Source: Candidatus Latescibacterota bacterium (GTDB lineage Bacteria > Latescibacterota > UBA2968 > UBA8231). From it: DNA of 64,000 nucleotides. Positions 1-7,865 of the stretch are shown here, in pieces. Each line of letters opens with the position of its first letter. Position 1 is the stretch's first letter. The DNA is taken from NCBI GenBank assembly GCA_965206595.1, contig OZ242214.1, positions 1,824,001 to 1,888,000 of the forward strand. Direction: 5' to 3'. The position numbers were made by a program, and so were the translations under genes. The notes below the pieces were generated by a model, which worked only from the letters and a program-made list of their open reading frames with translations, did no database searches and was not told the origin of the DNA.

Positions 1-504
1 AGCGGGGTCGGCCGGGTATCGGAATCGGATGTGCTTTTAGCCGCGGCGTCGGACGCGATCGTAATTGCCTTTCACGTGCCCACTGAGGCGAAGGCCCGGG
101 AAGTTGCCGCCAGAGACGGCGTCGACATTCGCAACTACGAGGTCATCTACGAAATCTTCGAAGAGTTGCGCTCCGCGCTTTCCGGATTGCTCGCTCCAGA
201 GCTCCAGGAGCGCGTCATAGGAACCGTTGAGATTCGACAGATCTTCTCCTCCTCCCGGGATGGCAAGATCGGCGGCTGTTATGTCCAGAGCGGCAAGATT
301 ACCCGAAACAACAGGGTCCGTGTAATGCGCCGTGGCGAGTCGGTTTTTGAAGGCGGAGTTGCTTCGCTGAGGCGCTTTAAGGACGACGTGCGAGAGGTGC
401 TCGAGGGGTTCGAGTGCGGCGTAGCAGTAGCCGGTTTTCCCGACATTGTCGAAGGGGACTCTCTTGAAGTCATCGAAGTAGTGGAATCAGCTCGCTCCCT
501 TTGA
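1..504 (+). CDS. infB: Translation initiation factor IF-2, C-terminal part (5' end outside the window)
   Basis: IF-2 domain III/IV motifs: LAAASDAIVIAF, YEVIYEIFEE, IGGCYVQSGKI, SLRRFKDDVREV-GFECG; followed by DUF503-rbfA-truB in the usual order. Confidence 0.97.
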   Translation, partial: SGVGRVSESDVLLAAASDAIVIAFHVPTEAKAREVAARDGVDIRNYEVIYEIFEELRSALSGLLAPELQERVIGTVEIRQIFSSSRDGKIGGCYVQSGKITRNNRVRVMRRGESVFEGGVASLRRFKDDVREVLEGFECGVAVAGFPDIVEGDSLEVIEVVESARSL

Positions 505-538
505 TCCCCTCCCCATCGGAAAATGACCGTACCGGAAA

Positions 539-820
539 GTGATCGTATTGGTAGGTGAAGTTCAGCTGTACCTGCCTGAGAGCAGATCGCTGAAAGACAA
601 ACGACAGGTTTTGAAGAGTCTCAAGGATCGCCTGCACAACCGCTTCAACGCCTCCGTGGCAGAAGTCGGCTTCAACGAACTCTGGCAGCGCAGTACCGTG
701 GCTTTCGCCGTCGTCAGCAATGGAATGGATCCCGCAGAGGAGGTGATCTCCAAAGCGATCCGATACATAGAGGACGATGGCAGGGTGCAGGTGCTGGACG
801 CTTCGGTCGAGGAACGGTAG
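539..820 (+). CDS. DUF503 (YlxP-like) protein
   Basis: SLKDKRQVLKSLKDRLHNRFNASVAEV...WQR signature; typical position between infB and rbfA. Confidence 0.9.
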   Translation: MIVLVGEVQLYLPESRSLKDKRQVLKSLKDRLHNRFNASVAEVGFNELWQRSTVAFAVVSNGMDPAEEVISKAIRYIEDDGRVQVLDASVEER

Positions 821-831
821 CCCCAAAAACG

Positions 832-1227
832 ATGGGTGTGTCACACCGGGCAAGCAGGGTTCGCGAATCGCTGTACCGCGAGTTCAGTGACATTGTTAGG
901 AACCTTAGAGATCCCCGCATCCGATCGGCTACCGTAGTCGACGCGGAGGTGTCACCGGATCTGAAACACGCGCGAATGTTCGTAAGTGTTCTGGGCTCGG
1001 AGGAGGAGAAGAAAGAGGCGGTTGCGGCACTCGAGAATGCCCTCGGCCATATCCGGCGTGAAATCGCGCAACGTATTTCGATGCGTCAGATTCCTGAAGT
1101 CAGTGTGGCCTACGACGACACTTCGGAGAGGGCGGCGCGACTGACGGCTCTCATAGAAACGGCGATGTCCACAACAGGATCTGCCAGCAGCGGGGATGAA
1201 GGCCAGTCGAGGCATTCTGATCATTGA
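832..1227 (+). CDS. rbfA: Ribosome-binding factor A
   Basis: RASRV..., LRDPRI, VSPDLKHARMFVS, GHIRREIA, MRQIPEV..YD motifs; synteny. Confidence 0.95.
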   Translation: MGVSHRASRVRESLYREFSDIVRNLRDPRIRSATVVDAEVSPDLKHARMFVSVLGSEEEKKEAVAALENALGHIRREIAQRISMRQIPEVSVAYDDTSERAARLTALIETAMSTTGSASSGDEGQSRHSDH

Positions 1228-2140
1228 CAAGGAAGCAGGGCCGACATCGCATGATATTGTCGCCCGGATGCGTCGGATCCTCGGGTTGCACCGCATCGGT
1301 CACTGCGGTACCCTCGACCCGCTTGCAACAGGGGTACTTGTTCTCTGTTTTGGCACCTACACTCGACTGAGTGAAGCAATTGCAGGGACCGACAAGGAAT
1401 ACCGTGTGCGCTTGTTTTTCGGAGCCACGAGCGATACGGGAGATGCCGAGGGCGTTATCGAACCGGTAGCTGAAATGCGAATTCCGAGCCGGGATGACGT
1501 CGAAGCGGTCTTGGTCCGCTTTCGCGGTGAGATCAGACAAATCCCGCCTGCATACTCCGCTGTGAGGGTGGGCGGTGTTCGCAGTTACCATCTGGCACGC
1601 CGGAAAAAGGTGGTTGAGATACCAGCAAGATCGGTTCGTATTTTGCAGCTTGAGGCTTTGAAGTGTGAATATCCGGACTTCGAAATGCGTGTTGTCTGCT
1701 CCAAGGGGACCTACATTCGTTCGCTGGCAAGGGATATCGGCGCCGCTCTGGGTTGCGGTGCGTATGTGGCCGACCTGCGTAGGACGAGAGTCGGGAACAT
1801 GGATCTGTCGGTTGCCGTGACCGTGGATGAAGTGCAGAAGGCATTTGATGGAAGTCGGCTCGAGGAACTACTCGTACCGACTTCCCGCGCGCTGAGTTCT
1901 CTCCCTGCGGTTACGCTGTCGAGCAGTCAAATCAAAACGTTTTTGCACGGCGGAACCATCGCTGCTGAATTCGTTAGCGAGACAGCGCCCGAAACTGGCG
2001 CGGAAAGGGAAGCAAACGCCGAGACATGCGCGGTCTATGACGAGGCGGAACGCCTGTGCGGTCTGGGATCCTGGGTTGATGGTAGTCGGTCGAGTTTACG
2101 GCCGTCCAAGGTCCTCCTTCCGGGTGGAGTTGAGGAATAG
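1196..2140 (+). CDS. truB: tRNA pseudouridine(55) synthase
   Basis: IDKEAGPTSHD, GHCGTLDPLATG (catalytic Asp), QIPPAYSA, CSKGTYIRSLARDIG. Confidence 0.97.
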   Translation: MKASRGILIIDKEAGPTSHDIVARMRRILGLHRIGHCGTLDPLATGVLVLCFGTYTRLSEAIAGTDKEYRVRLFFGATSDTGDAEGVIEPVAEMRIPSRDDVEAVLVRFRGEIRQIPPAYSAVRVGGVRSYHLARRKKVVEIPARSVRILQLEALKCEYPDFEMRVVCSKGTYIRSLARDIGAALGCGAYVADLRRTRVGNMDLSVAVTVDEVQKAFDGSRLEELLVPTSRALSSLPAVTLSSSQIKTFLHGGTIAAEFVSETAPETGAEREANAETCAVYDEAERLCGLGSWVDGSRSSLRPSKVLLPGGVEE

Positions 2141-2182
2141 CACCTTGACCGCACCGGTTTTCGGATACACGCCAGCAGGCCC

Positions 2183-2560
2183 ATGCTGACGGGTAAAGTG
2201 GTAGTTGGCGAAGGTCGCGGGCGTTCGCTCGGTTTTCCTACTGCCAATCTCGATGTTGAGGGAGACATCGAAAAGATGCTCGGTAGCGGAGTGTATGCCG
2301 CTATGGCCGCCTGGGAAGGTGCCGAGATTGAATATCCTGCGGTCGTTAATGTGGGAGTCAGGCCGACATTCTCGCCGGGCGAGCTGGCCGTAGAAGCCCA
2401 CATCATCGATTTCGCCGGAGATTTGTACGGGAAGACCTTGCGGATCCGGACAGTGAAGAAATTGCGAGACGAACGGCGCTTTCCCAACCTCGATACCTTG
2501 GTCGAACAGCTGGGAAGGGACGTAGAGATAGCACGAGAGGTAATCCGGTCCACAGAATGA
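2183..2560 (+). CDS. Riboflavin kinase, monofunctional (RibF C-terminal domain only)
   Basis: GRGRSLGFPTANL, GVY, NVGVRPTF, VEAHIIDF-GDLYG, LRDERRF; only 125 aa, and only 42 nt after the truB stop, so no room for an FMN adenylyltransferase domain. Confidence 0.9.
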   Translation: MLTGKVVVGEGRGRSLGFPTANLDVEGDIEKMLGSGVYAAMAAWEGAEIEYPAVVNVGVRPTFSPGELAVEAHIIDFAGDLYGKTLRIRTVKKLRDERRFPNLDTLVEQLGRDVEIAREVIRSTE

Positions 2561-2607
2561 ACTGCCTGTAAGGGGTAACAAAATTCGATTTTCAAGGGAG
2601 ACAGACT

Positions 2608-2877
2608 TTGTCCATCACTACAGAGCGAGCCAGGGAACTAACCGTGAAATACGGAAAGAGCGAAACCGACTCCGGGGCTGTGGCCGTGCAGATTGCGATC
2701 CTGTCGGAACGGATCGGGAATCTCACGACCCATTTGCAGGCTCACCGGCAGGATTTTGCGACTCGTCGCGGATTGCTGCAATTAATTGGCCGGCGGAGGC
2801 GGCTGCAGAAGTATTACCAGAAAAAACATCCGGAAGGATATGTGCAGCTCATAAAGGACCTCCAACTCCGGCGCTGA
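2608..2877 (+). CDS. rpsO: 30S ribosomal protein S15
   Basis: DSGAVAVQIAILSERI..LTTHL..H..D..TRRGLL..GRRRRL; 89 aa; TTG start with GGGAG RBS; upstream of pnp. Confidence 0.97.
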   Translation: MSITTERARELTVKYGKSETDSGAVAVQIAILSERIGNLTTHLQAHRQDFATRRGLLQLIGRRRRLQKYYQKKHPEGYVQLIKDLQLRR

Positions 2878-3014
2878 TCATTCGTCAGGTCCCGGGGGTT
2901 GTCCACAGTACGTTCCCTGAGTAGATAGGAACAATCGCCGATTTGCCGCTGAACGTGCGGCGTACCTTCATCCACGTTGTCCGTAAACATGCTAGCTTGT
3001 GGGGACCGGGTGCC

Positions 3015-4182
3015 TAGTGTAGTGTCCGTTAAATGGAAGGAATTAACCCCGCTCGGCTTCCAGCGCCTGCCGGGCGCGTTGGATCTTGCGCAGGATGTCC
3101 TCGCCTCGCGCCTTCCACTTGTAGGGCTTGGGGTTCCGGTTCCTCTCGGCCAGATAGCTTTCGATGTCTTTCACCAGCGCTTTGACGCTGGAGAAGCTGC
3201 CATCGCGGATCACGTCCTGCGTCAGTTCGCCGAAGAAGCGTTCGATCAGGTTTAACCAGGACGAACCGGTCGGGGTGAAATGGAGGTGAAAGCGCCGGTG
3301 CCGAGACAGCCCCTGTTTGACCCTGTCTTCTTTGTGCGTGCTGTAGTTGTCGACGATCAGGTGCAGATCCAACTCCTTCGGGGTTTCTCGGTCGATCTGT
3401 TTCAGGAAACGCAGCCACTCCACGTGGGTGTGCTGCTCCTCGGTGCGCGCGATGAGCTTGCCGTCCAGGTAGTTCAACGCGGCAAACAGGGTGATCGTCC
3501 CGTGGCGTTTGTAGTCGTGCGTCCTGGTGCGAAGCTCCCCCACGCCCAAAGGCAAGCCCGGCTGACTGCGCTCCAACGCCTGACACGGGCACTTCTCGTC
3601 GCAACACAGGACCAGGGCCTTTTCGGGGGGATCGAGATACAGTCCGATCACATCCCAAAACTTCTCTTCAAAGCGCTTGTCATTGGACACCTTGAAGGTC
3701 TTGGTCAAATGGGGCTTGATGTCGTTGGCCTTCCAGATGCGGTGCACGCTGTCCGGCGACATCCCCACGGCTTGAGCCATGGTGCGAACCGTCCGCCGCG
3801 TACGCGGTTTCGGCGGCTGCGTCGCAGCGGTGATGACCTGCTCGACCTTATCGGAGGGAAGAGAGGGCGGTCGCCCGCGGCCCTTCGCATCCTGCAACCC
3901 GTCCAAACCGTCGCGTTCGAAGCGTTGCGACCACTTGTTCACACACGCCACGCTGACCCCAAGCTCCCGGGCCACCTGCGCCTGTTTGATCCCTTCGGCG
4001 CGACGCAAGATAATCGCCGCGCGCAGGCTATCGCGCGGCGACGCGGTCGACGCTTTGACGCGGCCTTCCAGCGCTTGTCTTTCCGGTTCGGTAAGGTCCA
4101 CTTTGGAGATGGGTCGGGCCATACCGGAAAGATAATACGGGGGAAATCAGTTAATGCAACCCATTTCTCGGACGCCACACTA
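3015..4182 (-). mobile_element. IS630-family insertion sequence (copy 1, apparently intact)
   Basis: Imperfect terminal inverted repeats TAGTGTAGTGTCCGTTAAATGG / TAGTGTGGCGTCCGAGAAATGG (reverse complement); duplicated TA within CTAG at 3014-3017 and 4180-4183. Confidence 0.93.
3043..4122 (-). CDS. IS630-family DDE transposase
   Basis: N-terminal HTH; DVIGLYLDPP, CCDEK, HDYKRHGTITLFAAL, IVDNY, HFTPTGSSWLNLIERFF. Confidence 0.95.
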   Translation of the reverse strand: MARPISKVDLTEPERQALEGRVKASTASPRDSLRAAIILRRAEGIKQAQVARELGVSVACVNKWSQRFERDGLDGLQDAKGRGRPPSLPSDKVEQVITAATQPPKPRTRRTVRTMAQAVGMSPDSVHRIWKANDIKPHLTKTFKVSNDKRFEEKFWDVIGLYLDPPEKALVLCCDEKCPCQALERSQPGLPLGVGELRTRTHDYKRHGTITLFAALNYLDGKLIARTEEQHTHVEWLRFLKQIDRETPKELDLHLIVDNYSTHKEDRVKQGLSRHRRFHLHFTPTGSSWLNLIERFFGELTQDVIRDGSFSSVKALVKDIESYLAERNRNPKPYKWKARGEDILRKIQRARQALEAERG

Positions 4183-4280
4183 GGGTGGCTGCGATTCCGC
4201 GAGTTATGGGAGTCATGCCCGGGATCGGGACATCCTGCATCCCGTGGTGAAAATGCACACACGAAACGAGAAAGAAAAAG

Positions 4281-6398
4281 ATGATTCACAAAGTCGAAGC
4301 TGAACTAGGTGGACGCACGCTGTCCCTTGAGACCGGAAAGGTAGCCAAACAGGCGCATGGGGCGGTATGGGTCCGCTATGGGGATACCATATGTCTTGTC
4401 ACCGCCTGCAGGTCACAAAACGCCACTGATCGGGATTTTCTGCCGTTGACGGTGGAGTACCGGGAGAAGTCGTATGCCGCCGGGCGGGTCCCCGGTAACT
4501 TCTTTCGCCGCGAGGGGCGGATGGGGGAAAAGGAAACCCTAAGTGCCCGCCTTACCGACCATTCGATCCGCCCGATGTTTCCGAAAGGGTTTGCTTACGA
4601 GGTTCAGGTTTTCATCACCGTTCTGTCCTCTGACAACGAAAATGACGCTGATGTGCTGGGCATGGTGGGCAGCTCAGCGGCCCTGGGCTTGTCGGACATT
4701 CCCTTTGCCGGACCCCTCGGTGCGGTCCGAGTCGGACGGGTTGACGGCGAGTTCGTTGTCAACCCGACGGTTGGCCAACGCGATGAAAGCGACATGGACC
4801 TTATCCTTTCGGGAACCAGGGATTCGATAGGAACGGTCGAGGGGGGCGCCCACGAGGTTTCCGAAAAGGACCTTCTCGCGGCGCTAAAATTCGGCCATGA
4901 GCATATCGTGCAACTGATCGACCTTCAGGAGGAGCTCATCTCGCAGGCCGGCAAGAGGAAGATGGCATTCGAAGCGCCTGCTGTTGATCCCGGGATAGAG
5001 GCCGCGGTTCGCGAGTTGACGGCTGAGCGAATAACTGCGGCCAACCACGCCACCAGTCGCGAGGCGCGCCATGATCTCGTCGATGGAATCTACAGGGAAA
5101 CGCGTGAAGCCCTTGCCGAGCGCTTCCCCGAGTCGGACCAGCAGATCGACGAAATCATTTATGGTCTGATAAAAGCGGACATGCGGCGCATGGTTCTCGA
5201 GGAAAAGCGCCGCATAGACGGCCGGGCTCTCGATGAGGTCAGGACGGTCACGTGCGAGACGCAGATACTTCCGAGGGCTCACGGTTCGGCATTGTTCACG
5301 CGTGGCCAGACCCAGGCCCTGTGCGTGGCGACCCTGGGCAGCAAGCAGGACGAAAAGATGATAGACGACCTCAGCGGAAAGTCGTTCAAGTCGTATTTTC
5401 TCGACTACAATTTTCCCTCCTACAGCAACGGGGAAGTCTCCTTCCCGCGCGGGCCCGGGAGGCGGGAAATCGGGCATGGCCACTTGGCCGAAACCGCCAT
5501 CGGGCCGGTAGTCCCGGGGGTCGACTCCTTTCCTTACACCATCCGCTTGGTCTCCGACATCGAAGAGTCCAATGGATCGACCTCGATGGCGACGGTATGC
5601 GGCTGTTCCCTGGCGCTGATGGATGCCGGAGTTCCGATCAAGAACCCGGTCACCGCTTCAGGGGTCGGGTTGATCAGTGAAGGGGATGACTGGGAGCTGT
5701 TGACCGATATCCAGGGAGCCGAGGATTTTCTCGGAGATATGGACTTGAAAGTGGCCGGCACCGTCGACGGTATCACCGCAATTCAGATGGAGAACAAGAT
5801 CCAGGGTGTGGAAATCGGCATCCTCGAAGAGGCGTTCGCCCGTGCCCGGAAGGCGGGGCTACAGATTCTCGAGATCATGAACCAGGCCATAGCTAGCCAC
5901 CGCGAGGAGCTGTCCGAATACGCCCCGCGCATCGAGTTCATGAAAATCGACGTCGACAAGATAGGAGCGGTTATCGGCCCGGGCGGTAAGACGATCCGGG
6001 AGATCGAGAAGACGGGCGCTTCCGTTAACGTCGAGGACGACGGTAAGATCACGATTTCGTCCGTCGAATCCGGAGCCGTGGCCAGGGCCCGGGAGATGGT
6101 CGAGGCGATCACCGCCGATGCCGAGATCGGTCGGCAGTACGAAGGAACGGTAAAGCGCATCATGCCCTTCGGGGCCTTTGTTGAGATCCTGCCCGGAAAA
6201 GAAGGGCTTCTCCACATTTCCGAGCTCGACCACAAGCGCGTCGAATCAGTGGAAGATGTCGTCGAGGAAGGGGGAAGGATTGCCGTGAAGGTTCTCGAAA
6301 TCGACAACTCTGGGAAAATCCGACTCAGTCACAAGGCAACCTTAGACCAGCCGGATAATCGGCCAAACCGGGAAATGAACCTCGAAAGAAGCCGCTGA
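4281..6398 (+). CDS. pnp: Polyribonucleotide nucleotidyltransferase (PNPase)
   Basis: ETGKVAKQA, DFLPLTVEY, RREGR, RREIGHG, SNGSTSMA, GDMDLKVAGT, KH (VIGPGGK) and S1 domains. Confidence 0.98.
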   Translation: MIHKVEAELGGRTLSLETGKVAKQAHGAVWVRYGDTICLVTACRSQNATDRDFLPLTVEYREKSYAAGRVPGNFFRREGRMGEKETLSARLTDHSIRPMFPKGFAYEVQVFITVLSSDNENDADVLGMVGSSAALGLSDIPFAGPLGAVRVGRVDGEFVVNPTVGQRDESDMDLILSGTRDSIGTVEGGAHEVSEKDLLAALKFGHEHIVQLIDLQEELISQAGKRKMAFEAPAVDPGIEAAVRELTAERITAANHATSREARHDLVDGIYRETREALAERFPESDQQIDEIIYGLIKADMRRMVLEEKRRIDGRALDEVRTVTCETQILPRAHGSALFTRGQTQALCVATLGSKQDEKMIDDLSGKSFKSYFLDYNFPSYSNGEVSFPRGPGRREIGHGHLAETAIGPVVPGVDSFPYTIRLVSDIEESNGSTSMATVCGCSLALMDAGVPIKNPVTASGVGLISEGDDWELLTDIQGAEDFLGDMDLKVAGTVDGITAIQMENKIQGVEIGILEEAFARARKAGLQILEIMNQAIASHREELSEYAPRIEFMKIDVDKIGAVIGPGGKTIREIEKTGASVNVEDDGKITISSVESGAVARAREMVEAITADAEIGRQYEGTVKRIMPFGAFVEILPGKEGLLHISELDHKRVESVEDVVEEGGRIAVKVLEIDNSGKIRLSHKATLDQPDNRPNREMNLERSR

Positions 6399-6442
6399 CC
6401 AAGTCGGGCGACACCGCCACTTGCCCCTCGGGCAACTGACAT

Positions 6443-6478
6443 AGACTACCGTGCAGTCTTTTGTTCGGTAGTCTTTTT
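6443..6478 (+). terminator. Putative intrinsic terminator after pnp
   Basis: 9-bp stem AGACTACCG/CGGTAGTCT with 14-nt loop, followed by a T run. Confidence 0.5.
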
Positions 6479-6532
6479 GGTTGTGGACGCACTGCCGGGG
6501 GGGCAGACTGAAAACCAGTATTCTGGGCAGTT

Positions 6533-7825
6533 ATGGAACGAGTAGAAATTCGGGACATCGCCGCTTTTGATGGCCGCGAAGTCGAGTTGAGGGGTTGGCT
6601 CTACAACAAGCGGTCGAGCGGCAGGCTCCACTTCCTGCAAGTCAGGGACGGGACCGGCCTCATTCAGTGCGTATTGTTCAAAGGAGATATCGGTGTCGAG
6701 GAGTTCGTGCGTACCGGGAACCTGCCCCAGGAGTCGGCGATTGTCGTCAGGGGGAAGGTGCGCCAGGATCAGCGCTCCGCACTCGGCTACGAACTGGGGG
6801 TCTCATCGATCGAAGAAGTCCACGAGGCCGCCGAATACCCGATTTCACCGAAAGAACACGGGGTGGCCTTCCTGATGGAAAACAGGCACCTCTGGCTGCG
6901 CTCCTCCCGCCCACACGCTACGTTGAGAATCCGCAGCTACGTCATCCAGGCCTGCCGCGACTTCATGGCTCGGGAGGGATTCATCCTGATCGATGCCCCG
7001 ATTCTGACTCCTGCTGCCTGCGAGGGAACCACCACGCTTTTCGAGACCGACTATTTCGGGGACACTGCCTTCCTTACCCAGAGCGGCCAACTGTACATGG
7101 AAGCAGCGGCCATGGCGTTCGGAAAGGTCTACTGCCTGGGACCGACCTTTCGGGCGGAGAAATCGAAGACGCGGCGACACCTTACGGAGTTCTGGATGAT
7201 GGAGCCGGAGATCGCCTACTGCGACCTAGAGGGCAACATGCAGGTTGCCGAAGACCTCATCTGTTTCGTTGTCCAGCGCGTACTCGAACAGGGCGGTGAC
7301 GAGCTCGCTGTGCTGGAGCGCGACCCCGCCCCCCTGGAAGCGATGTCGAAGCCGTTCCCGCGAATGACCTACGACGAGGCGGTCGTAACTCTTCGGAACA
7401 ATGGGAGGGATATCGAGTGGGGAACGGACTTGGGCGCAGACGACGAAAGTGTTCTTTCGGAACAGTTCACTTCACCGGTCCTCGTGCATCGCTACCCTGC
7501 GGAGGTAAAAGCATTTTACATGAAGCGAGATCCGGAGAACGACAAGCTCGCTCTCTGCGTCGACATGCTGGCTCCCGAGGGATACGGGGAGATCATCGGC
7601 GGCGGCCAGCGCGAAGATGATCTGCCGGTCCTCGAGGAACGTCTCGAAGAACACGGCCTGCCGCGAGTGGCCTTCGAGTGGTATCTCGACCTGCGCCGAT
7701 ACGGTTCCGTGCCGCACTCCGGTTTCGGAATGGGGATAGAACGTGTGGTAGGGTGGCTTTGTGGGATCAGGCACGTGCGCGAGACCATACCGTTTCCACG
7801 GATGCTGCAGCGGCTGTATCCTTGA
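6533..7825 (+). CDS. asnS: Asparagine--tRNA ligase
   Basis: OB anticodon domain (LRGW, RDGTG); [68 protein letters not shown]. Confidence 0.96.
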   Translation: MERVEIRDIAAFDGREVELRGWLYNKRSSGRLHFLQVRDGTGLIQCVLFKGDIGVEEFVRTGNLPQESAIVVRGKVRQDQRSALGYELGVSSIEEVHEAAEYPISPKEHGVAFLMENRHLWLRSSRPHATLRIRSYVIQACRDFMAREGFILIDAPILTPAACEGTTTLFETDYFGDTAFLTQSGQLYMEAAAMAFGKVYCLGPTFRAEKSKTRRHLTEFWMMEPEIAYCDLEGNMQVAEDLICFVVQRVLEQGGDELAVLERDPAPLEAMSKPFPRMTYDEAVVTLRNNGRDIEWGTDLGADDESVLSEQFTSPVLVHRYPAEVKAFYMKRDPENDKLALCVDMLAPEGYGEIIGGGQREDDLPVLEERLEEHGLPRVAFEWYLDLRRYGSVPHSGFGMGIERVVGWLCGIRHVRETIPFPRMLQRLYP

Positions 7826-7865
7826 GCAAGTATCGGACGAGACAACGACCTTGAAGACAACAGAG

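Noticed and set aside
2880-3010. Possible 6S or other ncRNA after rpsO
   Set aside because: Only partial complementarity and no family-defining motif; treated as leader structure.
6399-6532. T-box upstream of asnS (also checked before leuS and valS)
   Set aside because: No GGTGGNACC T-box motif, and the leaders are too short.
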